This document shows, piece by piece, positions 32,155 through 46,200 of a stretch of DNA of 64,000 nucleotides (position 1 is the first letter of the stretch; every line of letters begins with the position of its first letter). A program made the position numbers and the translations under genes. Under the pieces are notes generated by a model. It had not been told where the DNA came from. It saw only the letters and a program-made list of their open reading frames with translations, and made no database searches. This DNA comes from Tubiluchus corallicola (lineage: Eukaryota > Animalia > Priapulida): the NCBI GenBank assembly GCA_030141605.1, contig JAQGDQ010000432.1, positions 128,553 to 192,552 on the forward strand. The letters run 5' to 3'.

Positions 32155-35100
32155 ATGACCGGGGTGGATGATGGTGGTGACTCCAACGCAGCCACTGACA
32201 TCAAGAGCCCGAATGACGATGACGCCAGTACCGATCCGGAGCTCAAGTGCGACGAGTGCAACTTCGTAGCTGAAGACGAGGACTCCTTGTTGGCTCACCG
32301 GACCATCCATGATATTATAGACTCAGAGGTACCATAAAGACCCCATCTTTAGCTTTGTTGCTAGTTCATACAGCTGCATATCATAGTATTAATAACTGTA
32401 TATGTAGTTAAAAGGTCAGCATTATAATAAAATTGAAGGATTGTATTCAATTAGTTGTACATATAAGTTGCATATATTTGAGCCTTGGATATTCAGGGAC
32501 ACCATGATTATTTTATAGCCCATTGTACCAGCAGTAAAAATACAATGTCGTATCTTCCTCAAAATATGCATGTAGATAAGTTGCCATTAAAAATGAATCT
32601 GTGTTTGTGTGTTGACAAAGGCATTTAACCCTTTCAGTCCCTAAATAAAAAAAACTTTTTTTGGCTTGGTACTTTTGTTCAGTAGGTCCATCTTGTTTAC
32701 ACATAATAATCATTTTTTCTACCTGTGCCCGCGTGCTAAATGTAGCCTGTATCCCACGGGATACATTGGGATTCAATGGAAGCATAAAATGTCCTTCATT
32801 TTGCAACTGCTGATAATTTTTTGAAGTATTTAAGACATTTAGTATGTGTGCTATGCTGATCTGTACAAAGTCATCTCTAAAGTACTGCACCTTGCGCAGT
32901 TTTTTATGCTATGTAGATTTTCTAGTTTGCCATTTTATCACCATTTTTTGTCTATTGTTATTGGCTTAAATCAAAATAACTATTAACAGATCAAATAAAT
33001 GTCAGTTTTAAAATTTTATTAATTTTAAAGGCAGAAAACATTCTCGTATCCCATGGGATACAACGGGTATGAAAGGGTTAATAACAAAGTCTTTACGAAT
33101 TACCAAGGTAGGAGTTTTTGATTTTTGGGTTCTGACCAACAGGATAGGCAATATGGAAGACGGGCTATTGTTACCCTAATTTCCACTGTGTCAATCTCTC
33201 CAGTAACTACTGTGTAACGTAATTACCTGAGCAATTAGATGATGTCAATAATAAATCCACATACTTCATAAGGAAGCAGCAGTTGTTATTTTTGGTGACA
33301 ATATCCACTTGAGCTATTAGACCAGCCTAGCAGAGCTGGCTTGAATTATCCTCCTTGTACTACACAATCAGTCACAGAACAACTTACCTGACTAAAGTAA
33401 GTTTAAGGTTAAGGCCTATATTTTGCATCACTTTAAAGGACCAGCAAATAGTTTATCGTATATAATTTATCTGAGATACGTATAATTTATCTGAGCAGCA
33501 TCCCGAGATTTTATAGAAAAGACAGATTAGAATTCTTCATTTCTTATTTGAGTGCTGGTATTATTATTTTTTATAAACTTGTTATTTCTTTGGCTCAACA
33601 AATTGCTCCAGTGTTCTTTACAGAAATACTTTGCGTATAAGTGTGTGAAAATGTCAGCTAATGGCCTTCTTATGCAGAGTGATTTTCCTTTGAAAAGTGG
33701 CAGGAATAATATTTTGAATTTTCCAATGACTAGACACATCATTGTACCATGACATTATTTACAGTATGACTTTATTATTAGGCTTTAGTGACTTACGGGA
33801 TGTCAAACTTGCTGTCACTCTCCCTGGAAGAGTTCACTTTCTTCCCACGTGAAACTCAGATTAACACTTTACTTCACCGAGACATTGTTTATTAAATCTT
33901 TGTCAGTCTTTCTGGTTCGTTTGTTTACTGTTGAACTTCTGCTCTTTTTAAAATTGGCAGTTGAACGCTTGTCGTTTTGCAGCATTTAAACTTGTACGGA
34001 GTTTATCCTCGTGTTGGTTTTTGTTGACCCATCAACTCACGTCAGAGCGTCGTGCTTGGTTAAATGCCTGCTCTCAAATCCAGTTCAGCCTGCCTGTGCA
34101 ACCTGGTACATGCGGGTACAATATCCCCAAATTGCGCCTCGACTTCCCCCCCATTCAGGACAGGGTGATTACCCAAGATGGCTGTTGAATTCAACTCACC
34201 GCAAGAGTTTGTTTTCATTGGTATGAGTCATTTGTACGAGCGTTTACGTTCAAGCTCACATTAAAGTATCTATAACCCACTTCCTGTTTTAATCCACGTC
34301 CTCCCTGCTATGTTCTTCTTTTCTTTTGCCTCAACCTACTTCCACTCAGGAGGCGCGATTCAGCTTTTTCGGGTCATGTGTAGTTCTTTGTGGGGCGGCT
34401 GTAGGTTCAGTTTTCTTTTATGAGGGCGCGATGGTCGCACATCGAAGAATTGTCGTTCGTATTCGAAATACGGGAAAGAATTTATCAGAAAGTTGCACTC
34501 TTTACGTCAAAATGAAAGTAATGTTGTATGAAGTTTTTTTAAACGTGAATTGATTGGTTAAATGTTCAATTATAAAACACCTTCAAGATAAATAAGTTTT
34601 ATAACCCTCATATCTTATACAGCCGTAGCTAAAATTACATAACACTTGTAAACAAACAGTGTAGCAACTGGCTAAGTGGATCTTTTATTTCTGTTTTTGT
34701 TTGTTTGTTTGTTGTTCATGTGCACTTTCTTTTTGTTTTTTACGGGACGGTGTGTGTATTTATACTTATATTATATACTTTATACAGTTATATACTTTAT
34801 ATTAAAAATATTATATACTTTATACACTTATGTAGTTTATATTAAAAGAGGAATCTATTACTTATTCAAAGGTAAATGGCAATAAAAAGTCAGATTTTGT
34901 TTTTAATCTCTTTCGTTTCTTCTGCATTTTTTTACCGTCTGCTTTTTCCATGATTTCTGGATCCGCCACCGTGCCTTTCTTTAGTTTAAAGTAGGGCATC
35001 TCTACGTTACACCTGGCATTATTGTTTCCCTTCTGCCGAAATTACTGTAATAAAGTCAACTTGCGAGCTATGAAATATTTGATAGACGTATGAGGGTTAT

Positions 35101-38100
35101 AATAATAATAACAATATCTGTCCCCCTGCTCACTGGGCTGGTCAACTTAATTGGACAAAAACACTGTTATTAATGCGTTATGTTCCGCTATGCTGGAGTG
35201 GCATTGTGATTGATATTTCCAGAAAACAGTCCATATTACCTGAGACTTGAAATCAAGTTTTCTACGGAGCGTACCTGTAAGGTGTGTGACGTACAGTTTG
35301 AGCGTGTGGAATTCCTCATGGGTTATTGAACCCGCTAGCCTGAGCCAGGGAGTCGTGTACATTCATCATTCACGCTAATAATCCCTCGGGACACTTCCTG
35401 GATTATAGGCGGGATCTTTTCGACGTGTACAATAGGGGTCTATTATTTAGCTGATTGTAATGTCGAGTATTAAAACAGGGTTTACCAGTTCACAGCCGTC
35501 ATTTCGTTAGTAAATGCCGTTATTATTTAAACGGTTACGGTCAGTGTAGTTTGGCGGACACGCGATAAATCCTTCCCTGTAACTTGTTTTTCAAAAATGT
35601 TCTAACGTACAGTAAAATCACCAAAGATTTACTAACGATAAATCACTCGTATTTGTTTGTTTGTTTGTTTTCAGAATAGTGAATATTTCTCTAATGTTTC
35701 TGATATACATTCCTACTCCACAAGAGCTGCTTCTAATGAACAGTATTTTGTGGAGAGATTTTTTTACCCGACATGCTTTCAATAGCTTAAAATCACGAGG
35801 AGTTAAATTATGGAACTCGTTGCCAAAAGATACCTTTGAAGGTAGCTTATTTTCTGCTTCCAAAAAATACACAAAATTCTTACTAAATGAATATATCTGT
35901 AGTTCATAACTTGTAAGACTAATAAGCAAGCTAGCAAGTTTTTTTCTCGTCATCTCCTAAGTAATTGTTGCTCTTTCTTATACTTACTTTTTCTCTTAAA
36001 TTTTTCTATATTACACTTTTTTTGATACTTATTTTATCTCTCCATACTCTCAGTTTTTTTAACTTTACTCACTAACCTTGGTCAAATTCCCCTGTCAATA
36101 AGACCCCTATTTGAAAATATATATAATAATCATAATTACTGATTAATTGTATTGTTTTGTTTAGATTTAGGTATCATCTAACTTTATTATTTTTTGTTTT
36201 CACTTATACTGTTTTCATTTATACTTTGTTTTCATTTATACTGTTTTTTATTATTATTTTTTCTTATTTGTTTTTGTTTTTGTTATCTGCAGCCTCACCA
36301 TTTATTTTTAATATACTAATTTAATTATAAGATAGGGCAGGAAACTAGATAACCCTATGGTCCTTCCCTGCCCTGCTCCACGATTATAATTACGTAATAT
36401 TTAAAAAACTCGTTATGTCAAACAAATTGGAGAAAATAAATGTTCTATGTATGTCAGATGCCGAGTTAGTTGACTCTGTCAGTGTATTAAAATTTTACAG
36501 TTTTGACTCAGAGCTGATTTTTCAGCCCTGCATTGCAGTTTTATGCTTCGTGACTAGAAAGGGTAGGAATGACTACCTTCAATGTTACACCAGTCGTGAC
36601 TCAAAACGATTTCCCACTTAAGGCAGCGTGTTTTATCTAGGGACTGGGCGATCTCATTGAGCGCTTGGAACTTAAGCTTTTTAAAATGTATTACTTGTAT
36701 TAATTTGTGATGTACAAAAAACAGTTTGAGTTGCTTGAAGGTGAGTTGCTGGAAAACAGACAGCGATTACACTGCCTGAGAATTGGGCTGAGTTATTGTA
36801 GCCGCTTTTAGTTTTACCTGATTTCCAATTAAGATTGTTCCTATGCTTTCTGCTGGAAACTTCCCACGCTAGTCCAAGTACATTGACCGCGCCCGACCAT
36901 TGTCCAGCATAAAATAAGTCTGGATAAGTGGTCATTCTTGCATGTGTGTGGTTCCCTTAAACTCTTAGCTACAGTTAATAAGCTAGCCACTGTCATTGAA
37001 TGATTTTATTAGCTTTGCACAGAATGCATTTACTACAGGTTTGGCGAGATTAGAGTGATTAGACAGAGTATTATTGCTTGTTGTTGATTACCGTCTCAAA
37101 GGCCCAAATTTCTCCAGTCACGTGATGTGTATTGGTTTTATAGTGTTCAAACCTTTTCTTTGGGCCATTTTTGTAAATATTCCTTGTTTTAACTAACTGA
37201 TATTTTTGTGAGCGTGACTTCCGTTAATATGATAAGGCTTTAAGGTCGAAAATAAGTGTGAAACGAGCCTAACATTTTGTTCAGGCACTGATTCGTCTGA
37301 GCAAGGCGTTTTCAAAATGCGTGTGATAGTATTTTATACGTTATGGTATGGTAAGTCGCACGGAAAAAAGTCATGGAAAAGAAGTCACAGTTTTGACCGG
37401 GAAAACGGCACAGGAAGAAAGGTTACAATTAATTTTTGTTAGGGTTAGGGTTGAGTATTTTCTTTTTTCCTGTGCCTTTTTTTAGGATTTGGTTTATTTC
37501 TTTTCTGCCTTTTTTCCTGTGTCTTTTTACCTGTGGCTTTTTTCCTGTGTCTTTTTACCTGTGGCTTTTTTTCCTGTGACTTTTGACCTGTGACATTTGA
37601 CCTATGACTTTTTACCTGTCACTTTTTTCCTGCGACTTTTGACCTGTGACATTTGACCTATGACTTTTTACCTGTCACTTTTTTCCTGTGACTTTTGACC
37701 TGTGACATTTGACCTATGACTTTTTACCTGTCACTTTTTTCCTGTGACTTTTGACCTGTGACATTTGACCTATGACTTTTTACCTGTCACTTTTTTCCTG
37801 CGACTTTTTACCTGTCTTTTTACCTGTGACTTTTTCCTGTGTCTTTTTACCTGCGACTTTTCACCTGTCACTTTTGACCTATAACTTTTTATCTGTGTCT
37901 TACCTGTGTCTTTTTAAATGCGACGTTTTACCAGTGACTTTTGACCTATGACTTTTTACCAATGTCTTTATACCTGCGACTTTTTACCTGTGACTTTTCT
38001 CCTGTGACTTTTGACCTGTGACTTTTTACCTGTGTTTTTTTACCTGTGACTTTTTCCTCTGACTTTTACTTTTACCTGTGACTTTTTCCTGTGACTTTTA

Positions 38101-40172
38101 CCTGTGACTTTTTTGCTGTGACTTTTGACCTGTAACTTTTAACCTGTGTCTTTTCACCTGTGACTTTTTCCTGTGACTTTTACCTGTGACTTTTTTCCTG
38201 TGTCTTTTGACCTATGACGTTTTGCCTGTGACTTTTTTACTGCCACTTTTCATCTGTGACTTCTTACCTGGATTCGGTTTTAATTACCATATCAGCTTCA
38301 ATGAAATCTATAATAAAATGCTTCTAAGCATCAAACTTATGTAATTATCTCTTCTAAGTATCAAACTTATGTAATTAACAGGCACTTTTATCTATATTAT
38401 GAAAGTAACAGGCACTTTTATCTATATTATGAAAGTAACAGGCACTTTTATCAGTTTAGTAATAAATAATTATCTAAGTGATGGCAAAACATAGCTCGAA
38501 ACGTTTGCAACATACCTACCCTGCAGAGGAATATGGACAAATGGAACTTCACATATTCCTACCACAATCTACACTCCTCCGAAAACTTCGTAATAAAAAA
38601 CGGTTTTTTGATGCGTCATTATAAATACAGTGAAATCTAATACGACATTGACATTGTTGCGCTGAGTTATTTATATTAATATACGCACAAGGTTTTGCAG
38701 TCTAGAAGGCTAAAACTGGCTGGCTAATGGCTATAATTCTTCCCTAGGCTACGTTTAACGACGCATTTCATTACTTGACTGGTAGAAGAGTTTTAAGGAA
38801 ATTGTTGCCGAGTGGGATATTAAAGTTAGAATAGCAGTTGACGAAATGGTCGTTTAATCACCCGCGAACTTTGTGTTGTTAACGCATTGCAAAGAAGATA
38901 CCAGTATTAAATATCCCGAGGCTTGATGGCATAAAACGTACCTCCTCGGAATTTACTTCCTATTCGCCACCCCTCTTTGCCCTTTTTAGAAAGAGAGAGA
39001 CCCGTGAAGACAAATGTATAGTTGCTGGTCAATGTCCGCCAATGCAAGGAAAAGCGGCATTATGGGGCTGTGTGCAGGGAATCGTATAGAAAAGCATGAA
39101 ATAAAATTGTTTGAACTTATCCCGTCTGAAACAGCACTTCTAATGTTTGTTGTCCTTTCTGGCAAGATGGATGAAGTTGAGCTAGGCTCCTAAGTGGTCT
39201 ACTTGGCACAATAACTTTGTTTTCTGGTGCTTATAAGAATGAGGTTCTTGAGTGTTAAGATAATTGTTTTAAAGAAAACAAAAAAAATGAAGAAAGTTGT
39301 GAGAGAGGGACGTGGAATGTTGGGAAGCTAGAAAATGGACAGAAGGTAAAAGAGGCATTACATAGATAGAAAAAAGAGGCTTTACGTAGATAGAAAAAGG
39401 AGGCATTACGTAGATAGAAAAAGGAGGCATTACATAGATAGAAAAAAGAGGCATTACATAGATAGAAAAAAGAGGCAATACATAGATAGAAAAAAGAGGC
39501 ATTACGTAGATAGAAAAAAGAGGGATTATATAGATAGAAAAAAGAGGCATTATATAAGCTAGTAGGGATGTGAGCGAAATATGAGCGTGCCAATGGAAGA
39601 AAAAGAGACAGGTTTGATGAAAAGGAAAGATGGTGGGTACTGGGTAGTTAAACCTAAAAAGAGAGGGAGAGGAAGAATGGGTGGGAATAATAGTTTGCGG
39701 GTTAACGCCCTCTCGCATTGTGTTGAACGTTTTTGAGGAAGAGGAGCACCTGAGTTTACTTCCTTTGAACGAACCCACTGCATCTTTTGTGTGCAAAGAT
39801 TTTAATGCTTTCCATTCAGGCAGTGATTAAATATATTAGCCAGATGTAAATAGATGGGTTTTGATAGCACGTTTAGGATAGGAATGCATGACTGGTTGTT
39901 GTGAGGTTCATGACTAGAGGATGCGAGGTTGTTAACTGACCTTTCACCAGCGTTTTCCTTGCTTGCAAAGCTCTACGTGTGAAGTGCAAACAAATATTAA
40001 TAACCAAGGAGATTATGTTTAATTAGTATACGGCTAGTGTAAATAATAACAATCTTTCGCTGGAACTTTTGCGTCAAGCTTATACCGTGTATTATTAATT
40101 CATTTTTCGTAATCAGTTCAGTGTCGTATAGATTCTTCTGACTATCGTTTTAGTTTATAAAACAATTGCAAA

Positions 40173-40226
<54 letters not shown>

Positions 40227-43200
40227 AGTTGTTGTTACACAGTTAGAATTTGGGTTGGAATATAGAACAGTTTCCAAAAATTCAAGTTTCGTTTAGTTTA
40301 AAAGAGTGTCAGAAGTTTGTTTTCAAATAAAAGCATTATGTCGTTTTAAAAATGTTTTATTGATACTTAGTTGGTTAGTTAGTTAGTTAATTAGTTCGCG
40401 AATGAGTGGGTGAGTGAGTGAGTGAGTGAGTCAGTCAGTCAGTTAGTTAGTCAATTTGTTTTTTATTTTGGTAGTTTCTCTATTATATATCAGCATAGAG
40501 TGGAAAAAATCATTTGACTATTTTAAATATAAAGCGCAAGGAAAGTTTAAAATACGTGTTCTTCAATAATGTGCAAATTCGGCCAGTAGGAGGCAGCACA
40601 AGTTTGCGTGTTTTCATACTGTGTTGATGGATAGACCAGGAGAGTGATCTAAATATCCAATATCCGTTTAAATTACTTACTGGTTGAGTGCAGCTGAGAG
40701 AAATAAAAATCACGTGCAGTTATTGTTTCATACGCCTGCTCACACGTCCCCGTTAATTATACATGCAAGTTGAAAATTAGCATTTGTTACATCGTGTCGA
40801 CGACTAATAGTAGTTCATTTCCATTCTAATGACTGCGTTTCATTCTGGCCTGTCATTGGACGGGTTCAACTATGGTGATAGCTAGAGGGTGCATTTCAAA
40901 TGAACTCTGTCCCTTTACCTGTGTGGGGTGGATCTATGCCCGATCAACCACAACCTTGATTAAGCAATCAGCAGTTGCAAGTGTGCTTCCACCACCAGTT
41001 TTCTGGATTCTAAAAAACTATTCTTGTTAGTTCATACTGCGTCATTTGCTTAGATGTGTTTTGTTGCAGTAACCATGGTTTAAGCTGGCACCCTTAGCTT
41101 AGCCTGCCTGCAAGTGGTTTGTTCCTAGTGCTGTGTATCATCACGTCCTGTCTCTTGATACAGCAAGTCAACCAAGGAAGGCTGTTAACTCTAGGAAGAC
41201 TTTGACCCCCGCCTTCCATTTGCTAGTCTTAGTTTTGCCTGGTGTATTTGCCTAGCACAAAAAGTGCAGATTTTTCAAAATGATAACAGCAACCCAGTCG
41301 CCAGCCATTTTAACCTGTTGTTTTGCCTCTCCTTGATCTTTATTTAACAACTTGATTTGATTTGAAATAATGCAGTTTCATTGTCTTTCATTAGAACGCT
41401 TATTGTGAAAAAGGTGAGCTGTGTCTGCTTGGAACCGATTGTTTGATTCGAATCTTTTCAAATTACTTTATCCTGTGTAATTCATTTAAGTGTGAAACCA
41501 GGTCGCTGAAGTTAATTAGTGTTGTAGCAAAATTGGTATGATTTAAAAGCATAATATTGAAGTTGATTGTAACGTTTTCTAAATAATTGAGTTATTAATG
41601 TCCTGCATTTTCAATTTTAAATTTAATAGTTTTTTAAAAGTGTTTCATCCTTTGGGTTTAGTTTGCTTTCCTGGTTTCCCAATTAGGTTTTACTGCTGAA
41701 TTTGTTATATTTGCCTTTTTTCATGAAAAAGGTTATAGTGAAATGGTATAATGTATTTACTTTTACAAGTTTGCTGCTTTAGTTTTATATAAATAAATAA
41801 ATATATATATATATAGCAAGCAATTGAGAATTTTGAAATTTTTAGAATCACTACCACCAAACGTTTTTTCCTGCAATTTTAATGTAACTGAGAATTGCAT
41901 TCAAAATTTTTATTGGATGTAATTAAGTAGAACATCCACCCACATTTTTGGCTGTTTTTAAAACGTGAACTTCACTGTTATGTTTTTTCAGGATTGTGCG
42001 AAATATGTGAATAACTCTCTAGTTGAGGGCGAAGACATTGGATACTCGAACGACAGTTTTCATAGCAACGAAGAGCAGGTACTGAGTTTTACACCGCAAT
42101 CATGTTGTGAGTAACTATTGCTATTGGCACCGTAAAGAATTGCTAAGTTGGTTAGGTTGTGAAGTAAAAGTCTAGGGATCTCAAGTTCGATACTCGTGTT
42201 GGTTGTTCCGATTTGGTGTCCTTCAGAAGTGTGGCTAGTTGACTAGCATTGCTTCCACCGTGCCTTGGCGGTTAACGAGGAAGAAGGATTAGGAGATAGT
42301 GACATGTGTCTTTCAAATGTTAATACTGAATTATGTGGATGCAGAGAGTTTGGTCAATAATGTATTAACGTGATAAACAAATAACATAAGAATTCTAGTA
42401 TCACTACCAATTTCGTCTTTTGATTACTGAAATATCAGTAACTGCAGTTGATCAGTCTTGCAGTGCTCGTAAAAATTCTGCTTGTCTGCAGTTATGAAAT
42501 GTGCATGATTCTTGCAAACATCACAGAGCACTCATGATATGCTTCTTTTGATTGTTGGATGTAGTCAGGTCTCTGTAGCACATTGTAAAGCTTCCACCTT
42601 GAGATCACTTCAACCAAGCTGCACTTTTATTTTTTCAAAATGTTCAGCAAGCATAGTGACACTACACATTGTCAGCTACGACGTGAGACAAAGTAACTTT
42701 GGTTAGCCCAGTATCTGCTCCCGGGGTGAACATTTCTGTTGCAGAAATAAAGAGTTGGTCTTATGCCACCTGATGCGAACACTGCCAAACAGACTTGGCT
42801 TTTGAGAACACTAACTTGTGCAGAGAAAAAAACCTAGGTGTAAAATGTTATCTATGCTTATTTGTTTATTTGTTTGTGTTTACTCTTCAGGTTGTGAGCA
42901 AGATGAATGGCATCATGTCACTTCCTATGATCGGAGACGCTAACATTCAGGCTCCCCGGCCTGACTTGCAGTGCTCGCTGTGCGAATATGTGGCTTTCAC
43001 TGATGCAAACCTTTCATCGCACATGAAAACGCATCAGACAAGAAAGTCCTACACGTGTGACGTCTGCGGAATGAGGTGACTGCATGACATTGCTTGTGTT
43101 GCTACCAAAACTTTTATACCCTCTGCATTGTAACATATCCTGGTTTTATGCACTGTGTTATGTGCTGTGTAGCTTGGTCTAAGTAAGAAGTTGCTCAAAA

Positions 43201-46200
43201 ATTTGAGGCAGAATCAGCCTCCTAAATATCCTAAGAGGTTCCGTAAAAATGGCACTTTTTAGTTAAGGGTAAACTTTCTGTGTCTTTCACAAGATTTAAC
43301 TTATAAAGTGGGTGTATGCCATGTACTACAGCCACACCATAAATATTGTTCCTACAAAGTTTACCACTTGGCAGACATATATTATTTATTTTACTTGACA
43401 TGTTGACATAACCTTGACATGTTGATATGTAATTGTAATTTTCATTTTTTCGTTTATTAATTGTCATTATTCAGCTTTTGTTTTGAAAGTTCATACTTAA
43501 CTCTTTCTCTACAGCATTAAAGTATATATACAAGTAACTTTAATACTTAACTATTGCCAGTCTGTGCCGCTCTAGTTCCTTAGTTTGTCACGGTGAAATT
43601 TTCTTCTGTAGGTTTTCACAAGCTGCCAACATGCGTCGACACAGGATGAGGCACACTGGTTTCAAACCGTATGAGTGCAAAGTGTGCGGGAAAAGATTTT
43701 TCCGGAAAGATCACCTAGCGGAACATTTAGGAACTCATTCAAAAACAAATGTATGTTTAAATTGTGTGGTGCTTGTTGTTGTTTGTGCCTGTGTGCAAAA
43801 TTTCCAGGCTTATCTAAGCAATATTATGCTACTTTAGTAATTTGTGATTGTTTTAAACTTCTTCAAGGTCTCGTTCCATCTGTTGTAGACTTTGAAACAT
43901 TACTATTTATTAGAGCAGTCCACCCACTCAAATCTGCAGCTAACAGTTGTAAGTTCTTCTACTCCTAAAGATAGATTTAGTTCAAATTGTTGAACATCTT
44001 TATTTATCCTAGCCATCTAAGTTGTTTCTTGGTTTACCAGGTGTTTTTTGCAACGTTTTAAATCTTTCTTTAAGGCAATTCTTACTGGTGTTACACTTGA
44101 TAATCTTAGAAGGTGTTCTAGCCATCTTAATCTTTAGAACTTGACTGAAACTCCGAGGTATTTCTTTCGTTTCAGTATATAAATCTTCATTTCTGATTAT
44201 GTATGGCCATCTTATCTTTAAAACTTCTCTTAGAAGACCTATGAAACGTGTCAATTTGCTTTCCTTGAGATTCTTTCATTTTTTTTCTAGAATAGGAGAA
44301 CTGGCAATAAGGGCGATCTTTTTTACTTAAGGTAAAGAAAGACTGAGCAATTGAAGGCCGGTATATTAAAAGCGAAGCTGGTAACTAAAATTCGTTGCTT
44401 TTTAGAGCGTGTACAAGTGTCCAATCTGCGACAAAACGTTTCAACGACAGTATCACCTGAAACTGCATCGAGCCGAACATCTAGGAGACAAGTGCCATAT
44501 ATGCGGTTTTGTGGCGCAAGGAATCAAGCATTTGCGCATCCATTTCACGAGAGTACACAAAAAGAACTTAGATCGGATGTTAACTGGACAGTCATCGTCG
44601 GGTAAGGAATTATAAGTACCATGCCACAGTTAGTTGTGTTTTTTTTCTATTTTTACATTATTAGGAAGAACGATAACATCATCAGTTTGTAAGTTTCGTG
44701 AAGCTGTTCATATAATCATAATGACCAGCAGATGCTTTTGCTTCTTATTTTATAATCTCAGGCCACAATGAAAATACTTCTGTTTCCATCTGATCGCCCG
44801 GGTAACATTTTTTTAACTCACACCCTAGCTGGAATTAAATATTTTTTTTTACATTTATATACTTACATGGCGGAGTCATTATAAAAGCATATTTTTTAAT
44901 TTAAAACATAAAATTTAATTATTATTATAACATCATTGTTTCGGCAAGGGCGCACCTATGGCTAACTCTTTGTTCGGGGTTCATGTTTTTATGATGCTGA
45001 TTATCATATTGGAGGCTAAAAAGTATCATATTTTCTGCCAAATCAGCGTATTAACGGCCGGGTAGTGTTACCGCGTATAACATAATTATCAGAGCATACG
45101 GGTTCATACCGTACAAAAACGAGACTATACAATCATCGAACGTTATACGATAATTTAGTAATGCGAAATCAAAAACTAAAAAAAACAAAGCTCAAAAATG
45201 TGCATTGAAAAAATTAAAATATTATTGTTATCCAGTGGGGAAATAAACAAACTTTGATTTGAACTGAATTTAAATATTCCATAATTTGGCTTTAAACATT
45301 CACAAATCTTTAAATTTTTTTTGGAAAAAATTTTTCCCCTCCCTACTAACATCTTTTTGTGCTCATGAGGTTAGACAGAAACAGGTTTTTTTGGTGGCGA
45401 GCCTAAAAAAATAGGCACATCTTTCTAAATGCACAACAATTTTGTTAAGTGTTAATGGTATCATAGTAACTGTGAGCGCTTATTGTTTCGTTTCTAGAAA
45501 GCTCATGCTTCTGCTAAGAACATCTATTCATGTATATTCTTTGCAGACACCTTTTTATAAATATAAATTTGGTAAATACTTTTTTGTATTTTAGAGTTGG
45601 ACATATCTACTAGTCCAGAGGACATCAACCAAAATGTGGAAAATGCACAGGACAGTAATGAGGCCGGTGCATCGCCGCCAAATTCCAAGTCTGGCTTGCC
45701 AGGTGACATCACCCCGCGAAAATTCATATCCCTGTTGACGAACAATATCATAACTAACCGTGCCGGTAGTCCTAGTGAGAGACCTGCTCATCAAGGTGGT
45801 GGTCGCAGTTCGGGTGATAGTTCTAGTCCACCATCAAAGCCCACGTTTCCGGAAATGATGGAAAGTATGGGCAGTTCGGGTGTTGACGTATTATCCAGTA
45901 TTTACACAGACGCAGTGTCACGCACAAGAAGTTTGCTCACTCAAAGTTATGCAGAACAGATGGGAGCCTTTGCCGTTGGCAGTTATAACCGTCCGTATGA
46001 GTCGCCCAGCTTACGTAGCTTGCTGCGCACTGGTCGCACAAGTTTAGAGTCGTTGACTGGTCGTCCTAATGTAGACGCTGTTACAGCTCGTGCTAGTTTA
46101 GACTCGCTAACCCAGTCGAACGTTTCGCCTCCCAGTGAAACGCCAGTTGTTCAACCTGTGAATGGCAATAGTGATGAAAATGTTGTGATAAAACAAGAGC

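Noticed and set aside
39255-39796. 112-175 aa ORFs
   Set aside because: They arise from the 24-bp minisatellite and purine-rich flank; no recognisable domain.
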